Source of the DNA: Rhizophagus irregularis
Lineage: Eukaryota
Length of the DNA stretch: 64,000 bases
Direction: 5' to 3'
Assembly: GCF_026210795.1 (NCBI RefSeq)
Contig: NC_089429.1
Location: 7,316,001 to 7,380,000, forward strand
The notes below the pieces were generated by a model. The model was not told where the DNA came from. It worked only from the letters and a program-made list of their open reading frames with translations, and made no database searches. Of this stretch, positions 37,200 to 50,200 are shown in pieces. Position 1 is the first letter of the stretch. Each line of letters begins with the position of its first letter. Both the position numbers and the translations under genes were made by a program.

Positions 37200-39850
37200 T
37201 TTTCCATAGGGGAACTGGATTTACGTAAACATTTTGTGAACCGTTCGATTGTTAAAACTTTGAAATGGTCGAATGTAATATTTCTTTTAATTACCTTAAT
37301 GAGTATAACCTTTGTGAAGAATTCTTTTCTCTATTATATCAACAACATACTGGAGTCTCTCTTGATATTTTGAAAGGTATTTTTTATTCAAGGAAGAAAT
37401 GGATCTATAAGCCTTTAACATATTTACTTTCAGAATTGCGGCCATGGCAGTTGAGTTGAAAAACTCATTTATTTGTTTTTTTTGAAAAAGAGATGATTTT
37501 AATGAGTAATATTGAAATTGAAAACATGGACCTTTCAAATAACGACATTCCTATTACTTTCGATAAACGTTGATGATATTTGATATTGGAGAATTCAAAA
37601 TATAAATGGATAATAAACCTAAATATCTACCATATTATTGTGGTATGGTGCGTAAAGTTGTTGTAACTCCTACTACAAGTTATATTTTAACTCCAACCAT
37701 GGAAACTTAATAGGGTGATCCGTTATTTTCGTCATAAGAAAGATCATTTTTTACGTGTCCAATTTGTAGATGAGGCTTTGAGTAAAGTTGGTTCATCTAA
37801 TGATGATACTTCTAACCATGCTTTATGACAGAGTTTATTGTACTTTACGTGATGGTATCATTATTGGTGATAAGCACTACGAATTCTTGGCTTTCTCTGC
37901 TAGTCAATTAAGAGATCATAGTTGTTGGTTTTTTCACCAACTGGCGATTTAACTGCCGATAAGGTTAGAGATTGGATGGGAAATTTTTTAACAAATAAAA
38001 GTGTAGCAAAATGTGCTGCCCGAATGGATCAGTGTTTTTCAAGTACTCGTCAAAAGCTACCTGTTGATGACATTAAAGAAATGCCCGATATAGTTAGAAA
38101 TGGTTTCACTTTTTCTGATGGGGTAGGGAATATCTCTTTTTCATTAGCAAAGAAGATTGCTTATTAATTGGATTAAGGGTGTTTTATGTCAGCCAGCTTG
38201 TGTTGGAAGTTATCAGAGGTTCTACATTCATCTCAGCATATCTCAATCGTCAGGCGATTATATTATTGTCCGCATTAGGAACTCCTGATGAAGTATTTAT
38301 TGAATTAAAAGATTTACGAGTTAGGGAATTGGATAAAATGCTTGAAAGTGAACATACGGCATTGGATTTTCTACAAAGGTATGTTGATGAATATGGAATT
38401 TCAATCTCACTTGCTGATCTTGTTAAAGCAGGATTTTTAAGAAATAATCATCGTTATTTGATTTATTTGATGAATTTTATTTCATTATTTGATGTTAGGA
38501 GACATTAAGAAAAGGCAAAAATTCGCGTTGATAAAGTACGCGTCTTGGATGTTACCGAAATTTTACAGGAGAATCAAATTTATTGCTAGAAGTGGTGATT
38601 TAGATGGTGATGATTTCACGTATGTTATCTTTACTTTAAGTATTTAAGTTTTTTAAGTTATTAACAATTTTTTTTTTTTTGGAAAAAAAGATAATCACTT
38701 ATTGATCTTGTTAAAGCGGGATTTTTAAGAAATAATGATCGTTATTTATGAATTTTATTTCATTATTTCGTATCATGATGTTAGGAGGAGACATTTAAGA
38801 AAAAGGCAAAAATTCGCGTTGATAAAGAGGCATTCTTATTAGGCGCCTTGGATGTTGCCGAAATTTTACAAGAGAATCAAATTTATTGTTAGCGGTGGCG
38901 ATTAGATGGTGATGATTTCACGTGTGTATCTTTATTTCTCATTTTTTAAAATTTTAAGTATTTAAGTTGTTTAAGTTATTGACAATTTTTTTTTTAGAAA
39001 AAAAAAAGATAATCACTTGTTGATCTTGTTAAAGCGGAAATAATGATTCATTATTTGATGTTAGGAGACATTAAGAAAAGTCAAAAATTCGCGTTGATAA
39101 AGGGGCATTCTTATTAGGCGTCTTGGATGTTACCGAAATTTTACAGGAGAATCAAATTTATTGTTATTTAGATGATGATTTCACGAATGTATCTTTATTT
39201 ATATTGTTAAAACTTTTTAAAAAGTTTTAAGTTGTTTAAGTTATTGACAATTTTTAATTTAGTGTACTATGAATTATGAGGCTCAAAAATCAAGAATGGT
39301 TGAAAATGTAACGATGAAAGATATCAAAACATTTTTCGTAAATTATATCTTTTCCGACAACTTTGGTATGATCGAGAACGCTCATTAGCAAAAGCAGATT
39401 TTTTCAAAGTTGGTGCATTACATAGGCAATGTAAACGTCTTGTACAATTACATTCTGACGCCATAGATTTCCTAAAACGGGAACACCATCAGAATTTCCA
39501 CCTGTATTTCGTGCTAGTAAATTCACAGATTTTATGGAAAAATTGATAAACAATCTTATGAATCTCAAAAAAGTTCTTGGCATTTTATAGAGTATACCCG
39601 CAAATTATTTTAAATATAGAAACTTTTGATCAAAGAATATATGTTGATGGGATGATGCACGAAAGTTAAGACGAGAGTACAATGCAAACATAAGAGGATT
39701 AATGAAATTGAAGTAACTAATGGATACATTATGAATACTATTGTTACAAAAGTTGATAAAGAAACCTCGCAATGTAACAAAATCTGTGATGGAAGATGGA
39801 ATCTTTAATTCCAATTAATGACATTATAGAAAATCATTTGAACAAGAATT
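37200..39850 (+). pseudogene. Cellular RNA-dependent RNA polymerase (RNAi-type, QDE-1/SAD-1/RDR family) pseudogene
   Basis: Motifs RKVVVTPT, RVIRYF, FLRVQFVDE, HYEFLAFSASQLRDHS, WMGNF, KCAARMDQCFSST, FSDGVGNIS, AYLNRQAIILLS and catalytic SGDLDGDDF (38591-38617). Stops, frameshifts and internal deletions throughout. The 5' boundary is approximate. Confidence 0.93.
38405..39260 (+). repeat. Three ~290-bp tandem copies of the RdRP segment that ends in the DLDGD motif and the following intron
   Basis: gatcttgttaaagc...aaaattcgcgttgataaag...gagaatcaaatttattg...gatgatttcacg recurs at ~38416, ~38704 and ~39022. Confidence 0.9.
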
Positions 39851-42368
39851 TAAGGTACTCGAAGGGTTTCCACGCCACCAAAGTTTACTTTTTTACATAA
39901 ATAAGTTTTAAAATTAAAAAGATGGCACAACCAGAAAGATTAAAGAAAGATACCTATTGGAAAGTAAAAAAAGAGAAATTGATCAGTCGAAAGGAAATTA
40001 AAGAAATAAATGAAATCACGGCTGAAACTATTAGAACTCATCAAGGAATATTACGTAAAAAAAGAACAGGAATTACTGGATGTAATCGAACAAATCGTTT
40101 AATTTTAATCGTTCACAAAACATGTTAGCCGGTTTATTGTCGAAGGACTATATATACTGTATTTATGCTGATTGGTCCGCACAGAATGCGCGGCCTCCGC
40201 GTGAGCTTTACTAGCGAAGATGTGCTTTGCCTGCGCTTTGTTAGCAAACCGTTAAAAAAGAAAGTAAGGTTACAAGGGGATATTAAACCCCTAAAGTCAA
40301 TTCTAAAGTCGTCCAGTAAGTACAACCAGGAAAGTTACGTACGATTTATTTTTTTAAAAAAATCTGTTCCCAATAATTTGTGACCATTTATGGGGAAAAT
40401 TGGGATTTTCGATAACACAAAAGAAAATGTAAGCAAAAGAAATGTTTGGCAAGAATATAAAATTCAAATAGGGAATTTAAAAATTATAAGAAGGGGAAAT
40501 TTCTTCAGAGATAATGTATATGAATTCAAACGAAATTTTATTCGTTAGAATTATATAAAGATGGACCAATTTTGATCTTAAGCGTAATTCCCCTTGAATT
40601 GTAATCCGTTTATTCTTTTTTCTTGTTGATTTTTCTTAATGTATATGATACAATTATTATGATATGGAATACTAGGATAATAGGATATGTAATTATGTTT
40701 ATTATACGGTATCTTTTATCTTGTTAATAAAATTTTAATTGCCAATGCCTATGCTTTGCGCTACGATAAACTAATTCGCAATTTCTTTATTCCTAATTGA
40801 TAAACAATATTTGATGTGCTAAAAAAAATGACTTTTCTCTACTAGATGAATCGGTCACTATGATTGAAAAAAATTGCCAATATTAAAAAGAATACGCATC
40901 TTTCCTTATTGCAAGAGCATGAGAACTAATTTTATATATTCTGGTCCCCATCCTATAGATTGATATTTCCCCTCCTACATAAAATGAACGCATTTTGGTA
41001 GACAACCTAAGTCCTTATCAATTTTAGTAGGATGCAAAACTTTTGACGAATTCTCAATTTTTCCAGTACTTTCGCCATTCGGATTTTTTCACGCTAATTG
41101 TTCCATCTAACTTACAGTAACAGTAAAGAAGAGTTGATGATTTCGACGGAGAATACTCTCACGATTATCCTTAAATTAGCCTCAGCACTTTCTTTTTTTT
41201 TCAGTATCGAGTTCTTTTGGGCCAATTTGTCTTTATTTCTTTGCTGATTTTATTGAGAAATTTGGCAAGCTCCGTTTTTAATAAATTCGTGAATCTAAAG
41301 ATTAAGTTTTAAAATTAATGTATGTACTATTAAAGCATTTATTTAAGTTAAAGAAAAATTTAAACACCTACTTTGTTAGAGATACATCTAAATTTTTATT
41401 GAAATTCATTATTGTTATCAAATTTGTTTGGCTTTGAAATTATCCGGTTCGATCCAACCAGGTTAAAACACACCACAGATAATAATTCCATTACTTTGTG
41501 ACTAAACAGAAGACTTCTAAGTGGACACGTAGTTATAAAGAAGTCCTCTCGCTTCAAGGTCATAAATGCACACTCAGGGAACAGATTAAGTAATTCTTCT
41601 TTTTACTATTATGTACAGGGTTACAGCAGGGTTGTAATGAATAATTCGATAAATTCATTTTTTCTTTTTCTCATCACGACTAAAGATGGAAAGATTTGAA
41701 GTTAATATTGATTTTTTTTAAATTATCTAAACTTTATATTCAATAAACTTACTTTTTAAGAACTCTGTGAAATGATCGAAATAGTTTAATAGTTTGTCAA
41801 TATACTGTATCATCATTAGATAATCAATTCAGACAACTATAGTTATAATACACTACCCTTCAACTCATATACCTTATTTCCCTCGCCTACAAAGAAAATA
41901 AAATACATCAAATAATAATCCTTTCAACTGAAAAAATCGAAAATTTTTATATAAATATTGATTGTTATCCTTTTTTTTCATATTATTTAATGTTCATATC
42001 ATTTATCGTTTTAAATATACATCAATAACTCCTTTTATATCATCTTGTTGATTTTTTGCCGAATTACAAAATGATCCTGTTTTCTTATATCATGTATTTT
42101 AGTGACGTCGAATATAAGGATCACGTGAAAAACTAACCTAACCATTCGTACTATGAGGTGCATTATTGCGTCGCCAAAAATGCGTTTTTTTAACGGGTTT
42201 TTTTTAAAAAACAGATATATTTACATTTCATAAGATAAATAATTAAAAAAATATAATTAACTAGTATTTAGAATAAAAGAACTACATGTTGATCTAGCAA
42301 TTTGCACCTTGCTTCTAATATTGTCTATTATCTTGGGCCAACCAATATATTAATTGAAAATACTTATA

Positions 42369-42434
42369 CCCTATAAAAAAAATTCTGGAAAAACTCTGAT
42401 AAGTGATCATTTTTCTGAAAAATTTTTTATAGGG
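42369..42434. mobile_element. 66-bp minimal TIR element of the CCCTATAAAAAA family
   Basis: ata|ccctataaaaaaaatt...aattttttataggg|ata (3-bp TSD). The same left end appears at 28095 and 52111. Confidence 0.8.
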
Positions 42435-45412
42435 ATAAAGATTTATGGGTTCTCAAATTACCTGTGTTCTGAAATTATTAGGCATATTTTTAATGATTAT
42501 TACTTTGGTCGGAAAGAATTAATTGAAAAAAGTGATAATATTTATGTAAACATATTTATTGAATGTATTATTTGTAAAAGTTATTTTAATTTTACATCAG
42601 TTTGATCGATGGCAAATCACATGATGATCAATGTTTAGAAAATTTTCTGAAGGAGGCAATTTTGCGTACTAAACTTAGTATAGAAACCCCATGCAATCAT
42701 GCATACAGCTATTAATAAAAATTTGAAAGTCACTTTACTTCTTTATATATTTCGAGGTTCTCGTATGCTGCATCCCATATTATCGATTAATGATCAATTG
42801 TGCTTAAGACGAATCCGTTTATTCAGTCCGATAAATATTTTAGTGGAGGTAAAATTGAACAGTGTACAGTAAGTCCATGATGATTTACATTCCTATCGCT
42901 CATAATAGCGCAGAGAATTTCTCCATAAAATTGAAATCGTATGCTCATTAGAGATGAGAAGAGGGTAGTTTTTCAAGTATCGATATTCATAATGTTAGGA
43001 AAATAAAATCAAAATAAAGAACCAAGTATTTTTTTTTTACAGTAATTGAATGTTTTTGACAAAGCATTCGGATCTTTTACTTTTTTAAAATTTTCTTTTG
43101 TAAAAAAAGAATGCAAATTGTGGGACGTTAAATCAGCGAGTAGCATTTATGGAGAAAGTATTTATTGATTAAAGAATTTAACCAAAGTGTGTATATATAG
43201 ATATACTGTTTAATCAAAAAAAATTACGTTTCATCATAAAATATAAAGAAATAATTTTTTCGCGTTCGTTATAGCGCCAAATCCTGCCAAAAAAATAATG
43301 ATTAAAAAATATTTATGTTTTTAATTAGATTTGAAATTTGCTATTTTATTTATTTTTATTTTTTTTTTAAAAAAAAAACGGATTAATAATATTCTGAATA
43401 GACTGACAAATCATTTCGCGCAAAAATTTGCTCTCAAAAATGTACAGTTGGATCAGATATGAGACTTATCAGCGCAATTAATGCCAAAAATTGTAAGATT
43501 CATATTGAATTTCAAGATTATTAAAAAGAAAAAGAAAGAAATCTATAAAATATCAAAATCAAACAAATTTATTAAAAAAAAAGAAAGAAAGAAATCTATA
43601 AAATATCAAAAACAAATCTATTAAAAAAAAAAGAAAGAAAATCTATAAATAAACACAAAAAATGAGGAAAAAAGAAAAAAGAAAATAAAGCTTGAAGTCT
43701 TGATCCACCAGATGAGTAGTTTCGACTCAGGATCTTCTCTGGTATGATCTATAGACGTAAAAACCGGAAGAGCAACTCTTGTTTCCGATTCTTTATAGTT
43801 GTGGCCTCCTTAATAGGAAAAAAATAAGTTTTAGATTTTTGCTTGAAAAATATTTAGAACGGTCGAACAATATCACATTATAAGACACATACCTCCCCCC
43901 ATCCCATCAGATTCATTTATCTGACATTTTAAAATAAATTTTTAAATAAATTTTAATTAAAATATTGAAATTCAAAGAATTTTTTAACGTCTTTTCTTCA
44001 AAAGAATTTTTGGGGGACGCGTAACTTATATTTATAATTGCTGCTTCAACGCTCATGGAAGAATAGAACATATGTTTGATTGGTACTTCAGTCCATGAAA
44101 ATAAATGATTACCCTAATGGTCAGTCATGCAAAAGAGATACCAATTTTGTTAAATATTGATCATACGACATTTCACGTTATACATGATTAACGATTGCAG
44201 CCTTGCAGGTAATCTTCTTAAACCAAAACAATACAACCATAAACTAAAAAGATCGAATACATCCTATGATGTGAGACAAAAATATAACCGTTTAGTGTTT
44301 GATTCTTCCGCGCTATTGCATCGGCAATATCTTCTTGAGTTATTGAGGTTGGAATTTTTTTTTCTTTTTTTTTTGCGAAGAACTTTATTAAAAGCATCAC
44401 AATCAATTTTTCTAATAAAAGAAATTTATTCGGAATGCCATGTGTTTTTAGCTGTACTGTGTTTTTAGTTGTACTCAAATGTAAGTAATTTTGATTACGA
44501 TTAACAAACTAAAATTATGATAAACATGGCTTGTACCATTCCCGATGTATTCGACATCATGCATTTCTTTGTTACTTTGATAACGAGTCAATCGAGTCAT
44601 TATTTCTAATCATATATCTTTATCAATCAGTTCTTCTGATCAGATTAAATCATTAAGTTGAAAAGAAGTTAACATATTGCGGACAACCTTTTTTTATACG
44701 AAATTAATTGAGTAATAATTTTACATTATGATTTTGACATTCATGATTATTTATTCCAATTGTGTCAATTTAACTTATTTTAATACTCCATTCATTAATA
44801 ATGAACTTTGAATTTTTCTTACAGCAAAAAAATTCTTAAAAAATGTAAAGAAAAAGAATTAGCATGTCTAATACTAAGGTCAACTTGCATTAAAACATGA
44901 CGAACTCAAAGATGAACAACTTTCAAATAAAGCAGCTGTTCAAGAATTTTTTTTCTGATATGAAATTCAACCTGGACTTTCATTATACAAAAAACATACA
45001 AAGCCTATTTCTAAAAGTAAAAAGAGCTTGCAATGAGGACTATAATTGGTTTACAGGAGATCAAAAAAGTCGTCTCTTGAAACTTATACCGGATTGTGAC
45101 TTGTTGGATGATATTGTTGACACTCCAAGAATTGAACGAGAATATATGGCCGTGAGAATATAATACTGGATACACAATGGAATAATCTTGAAAAAATTTA
45201 AGGCCGAGTTTCTCAAGTGTTGAAAGGTGATTATTTATATTACGTACTTAATTTTTATTTTTTATATATTAATTTTAATATTATTATGATATCATTAAAT
45301 AGAGCGATAACTATGAACAATAGTAGGACTCTGAGAAAATTAGGAAAGAAATAAATTGCAGGGTAAATATTATATAATGTAAGTGTATAAATGCTTGCTT
45401 TATAATATATTA

Positions 45413-45556
45413 TTATCTGATGGAAAAAGAGTGAATAACATTATTTTTACTTATGGAAGGTAAATGATTGGCTGAAAATAAGCCACGAAGTGGCTTATTC
45501 AGCCAATCATTTTCCTGTAATAAGTAAAAATAATGTAATCATTTTCTATCGGATAA
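45413..45556. repeat. ~145-bp imperfect palindrome (foldback)
   Basis: Centre aatgattggctgaaaataagccac-gaa-gtggcttattcagccaatcatt; arms extend through acattatttttacttat / ataagtaaaaataatgt to ttatctga / tcggataa. Confidence 0.85.
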
Positions 45557-46676
45557 ATTTTATATCCGAGAGGCCTCAATGATCATGTATAAATAGTTTA
45601 TTAATAGTCTAGCAAAGTATAATCTTATCACCTGTTTTCTTTCTTTCATTAATTATTAGCTTATAGAATTGATAATGTATATAAATATAATTTTATTGCG
45701 TGTATAAATAATAATGAAATAAATTTCATATTTGATATTGCATATAAAATACTATCGGATAACTATAAAATTTTGCTTTACATGATCCTATGGAATATCG
45801 GATATTGATTAAATTTGATGATTTTAGTGATCCCGTCATATTCCCGAAATGACCAATGCACATAGATGATGCATTCATTAAACATAAACGATAATTTAAA
45901 AACGTTAGGATAACAGTTTAACGAAATTGAAGTAATCACATAATTTAGTAATTTTTATTCAGTGTTTCGAGTTATTTGGTGAACAAAGCAAAATCAAAGA
46001 TGACATACATAATCCAACTCGTCTGGAAATGACGTTTTAGATTTGACGGACGTGTTGCAAAAGGTTCTCGCCCTAATAGTAATGCCTCTAAAACTTTAGC
46101 ACTGTAAGGTCAGAAGATTATTCCCTGAGGCGAGAGAAGAATATTGGTCGAAAAAAGTCAATAATTTTTTGTTTTTTCCTTTTTTTCGTAATATTATATA
46201 CACTTCATTTTATCGATTAATGTAAAATATAATTTATAAACGATATTCTGACTTTAAATATGATGTACTTTAAATATGAGATGTTGATATAATAAAGAAT
46301 AATATGTTCATTAATTGACAATACAGTTAAGATTGGTACTACCGTAATATCATCTGGCTTTAAAATAAATTTCCAATGATTTTTCTCATAATTTTGAGTC
46401 CTTAGGCAGGCATTTAACAATAGTTTAAAGAATGGGTTCGATTATGTAATTTTAGGCAATCTTTTATCTTGTAAACACGGATATTAAGATTTGCGAAAAT
46501 ATTTTTTTCGTGATATGGATGATAGTATACAGTATCACATGACCGAACCCGACATAAATTTTGGTAAATTATCAGTACATGAAATTAATATTTAATTCAG
46601 TAGCAAAACATGAGAGTAGTATAACAGGATGAGTGTTATCATAACAAAATAAAAAGTTTATTCATATAATTATAAA

Positions 46677-46815
46677 GAAAAATATCATATGCTTAGATGT
46701 AAAGATGTGGGAGGGGGAAAGAAAATATCATATGCTTAGATGTGGAGATGTGGGAGGGGGAAAGAAAAATATCATATCTGATATGCTTAGATGTGGGAGG
46801 GGGAAAGAAAAATAT
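46677..46815. repeat. Three ~45-bp tandem units downstream of the HMG gene
   Basis: aaaatatcatat..gcttagatgt..gggagggggaaag is repeated three times. Confidence 0.85.
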
Positions 46816-46959
46816 ATATTTACGAATCGATTTTTAACGAAGAAATACGAATATATATATAACGATACGAATCGATTTTGCCACTCTTAATTACGAAACG
46901 AAAAAAATTAATTAAAATTATAAATAATCGATGAACGAGGAGTTACTAATTCGTAAAAA

Positions 46960-47265
46960 TTAAATGTACAAGATTATATATTGTAAATCTTTTAATAAAT
47001 GCGAAAAAATATCAATATTCAGATTTGCTTTTACCTCGAAAAAAAAAACCGATTGGCCCGGTTTTTGGCCATCGGTATTTCTTCCATAAGAGCATTTATA
47101 CTGCTCTTGCTCCTCTTCCGATAATAGCCGCCAAATTCTTGAGGCGGCCTTTGCGTTTATATGAAAATGTTCCGCCAGATCACGACGGAACAGTATGAAG
47201 CAATTAGGTTGCTTCCTATGTTTATATGGATCAAACTTTACAATTTTGATCCTTTTTTTTTTCAT
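46960..47265 (-). CDS. Short MATA/SOX-type HMG-box protein (about 101 aa; C-terminus may be truncated or frameshifted)
   Basis: HRKQPNCFILFRRD...AASRIWRLLSEEEQEQYK matches the sequence-specific HMG pattern RPxNxFIL(F/Y)R...S..W..L..EE+..Y. ATG at 47265 with a basic N-terminus (MKKKRIK) and a TATA-like tract at ~47301-47312. Confidence 0.75.
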   Translation of the reverse strand: MKKKRIKIVKFDPYKHRKQPNCFILFRRDLAEHFHINAKAASRIWRLLSEEEQEQYKCSYGRNTDGQKPGQSVFFFEVKANLNIDIFSHLLKDLQYIILYI

Positions 47266-50200
47266 TTTTAAATTGAAGAAACCCACTCACAACCCACTCA
47301 TATTTATATATATTTTCATCTATACAATAGTCAACCTTTTAAATACATATTTGTAGTAATATTTGAGACACGAAATTTATTGATTATATAAAGTTTATAG
47401 TAATAATAATATAAAGTTAAATTTAAATTTAATAAAAGTCATTGATAAAGGAGTGTTGTATAATTTTGGTAATATATATTTGAGTATATAAGAACAATAT
47501 ACCTTTCTTAATAAACTCGAATGTAAACAAATATGGATCTATATCAGTCAATTAATAAATTACCATATATAATATAAGATTTATATTATTATAAATACAG
47601 TAATTGTTTTCGTTTAAGTATTAAAATTGAATGGTACATGTAAAATATATTAAATATTTGAAAGTTTGTTGTAAAATATGTGCTTGGAATTACAAAATCT
47701 TAATAAAAACCTATATAAGAAATTCTATTAGAATTTTGTATATAATTCTATACTAGGAAAATTGAAACAATTTTTGGTATTACAAAATTTTGAATGACGT
47801 GATACTAATACAAATGCGGTGAGATATTGCGCTTTGAAGCGTCTTTGATTAGATGATAAAAATAACTTTCCCGGCTTATCCAAAAGATTCTTGAAAACAT
47901 TTTATTTTTTATCGATAAAATAAATACACGATATTATAAACGTAGTCTTTATCATAAAAACATTACGATGATGAAAACCATCTGTGAAGATCATCACGAT
48001 CACGGATCACCCAATGAAGTTTTGTAATACTCATCAATAACGATTATAAGTATATATTCAGTTTAATGAAAAGATCTGCATATACATTTTTGGGATTAAA
48101 TTTTCTTTAACCGCAACTTCTTTTATTAAGCCTGTCTGCTATGAATGTAAATAATATACTCCGATATTTATTTTATGTACCACGCGAGTGTTTCAAAAAA
48201 ATTTAAATATATTTTTATTATTCCTACTAAAAAAGTTATCGTATGAAAGTTCAAACCCGAGAATGTTTGGATTTTTATTCACATTCCTAATCTCGCTTAT
48301 AATTATCATTAGTTGTTATTGTTCTGACCTTTGTCTTTTTGTTAAATAAAAGTAATTCTAAAATTATTATTATATCACGTATTAAAAAAATCGAAAAGAG
48401 TTAAATCATGTCTCCCTATTACACTTTTTTAATACAAAAGCGGTGCATAATCTCCGAATAGAATTTAGTACAAGATATGGCATCCGAGTATTCAAATATT
48501 CAAATCGGAAAAGTCAGAAATTAATAAATGCCATAATTAGATAATAGATACACGTATCTTGATTAATTTATAGAAATTTATATTGGATTAGTATTATCCA
48601 CATGGAATTTCTCTTTCCTTTTTTTATATTAATACTAATAATTACATAATCATAAAATTTATAAAAAAATTTCAATTATTATTATAAAAAATTCTAATAT
48701 TAATCAAGCAGACAATTAATTTCTTTTTTAATTTTATCAGAATTTCATAAAAGGAAAAATCAATAAAATCAATTAATAATACTTTACCGAGCGAATATTT
48801 TAACAAATTTTGATAACGTGGCTCAATTTTGCCCCTTGATTTGTTTGACTCACATTTCTAAGGTAAGGTATAAAAGCGATTTATGTGCTTCTGTAATTTG
48901 AGTAGAGCTTGATTTACTAATATTTTTAAATCGATTACTGTATCATGATGATGTGAGATATTTTGACCTTATATTTTAATCGAAAAATAAACCCGCAGTC
49001 AACAATGTTTGTCACGTGAGCATGTATAATAATTTTAATACATAGTAACATAGATGACATGATAACAAATAATAATTTATTAATGGTACAAAAAATTCTT
49101 CATTGAATATGATTTGCATTCTAAAACTGGAAACAATGAAAAAACTATGAAATTGCTTATTTTGTCAGCTTAATACTTATTTTCCCCTTCAAACATACAA
49201 TATCTGAATAAAATCTGGACCTTACATATTTTGAAGGGATTTCATTTCTTTAAATGGATTAAAGAAAATTTTTAATTATTAAATACACTATGTTTCAGTT
49301 TTGTTTATCAATTACTAACAAAATTGGTTTGTTTGAACTGACAGAAAAAGTAATTTATTAAAGAAAATAATTAATATCGTACATTCAATGTTTGGGTACA
49401 TTCTGAAAGACTAGTTTTGGAGGTGCAACATCGTAATGTGTGTTAGTTGATAGTTTTAAAATTTAATATTTTAATTCCATGTATTTCTCGTCCAAATCCT
49501 AGCCGACTGTAGTGTTATATTTGTTGCTACAGGTGCAGTATCAATAAGTCCGCTAGTCCTCGTTGCGAAATTGTATTCTAAATTTCTTTAGATATTATGA
49601 TAGAAATTAACCAAATATAACCTCCATCCGACCATCCGTACATATATATTTTGGCATATCTGCATAGATTAGTCGAATATTTGCGTTACGTTACGTACGT
49701 CGTGTCACTGCATAATTGACTGTGTTTCAGTTAAATTAATTCCGTCAAAAAATTTGCACTCCTTTTTAAATTTTTAAATAAGTTAATTGTTAGAAAAGTA
49801 CGCCTTATCCCATATCGACATTTTCATGTACAATAATAAACCTGAGAATTTTCAGGTTTATTGCGCAAAAAAATTAATGTCGTACAACAAGGTCACGAAT
49901 TTCTTGATCTACGAGTTGTAACTGTGGCTTTATTTCTTGTTAAATGTGGCGAAATTCCCGATATCGGAACGATTATAAAAAACAATTATCGCATCTTTTG
50001 TAGAGATTTCATAACATAAGAATTTATATTAAAATTATACGATAGATACATACAGTATGTTTGTACTTTTGAAATTGTCAAATATTTTGATACCCAAAAA
50101 AAAAGGGAAGAGTTACTTTTTATCCCTATCTTTATTTCTACTGTTTATCGGCCGGATGTTACGTTTTAATATGTACCCATGAGTAAAAGGGTCAGTATCC

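Noticed and set aside
37922..38508. Viral RdRP or endogenous mycovirus
   Set aside because: The motifs (DLDGD, FSDGVG, AFSASQLR) and introns are those of cellular RNAi RdRPs, not viral GDD polymerases.
40830..42000. Minus-strand exon-like fragments (e.g. CGVF*PGWIEPDNFK)
   Set aside because: Probably a pseudogene or TE relic, but I cannot assign a family.
44897..45163. 88-aa ORF with FTGDQKSRLLKLI, faintly transposase-like
   Set aside because: Too short, no catalytic motif or termini seen, and followed by stops.
46960..47265. Calling the HMG gene a sexP/sexM or MAT1-2-1 mating-type determinant
   Set aside because: No diagnostic flanking genes (TPT/RNA helicase, APN2/SLA2) are present, and HMG-box genes occur in large families in these fungi.
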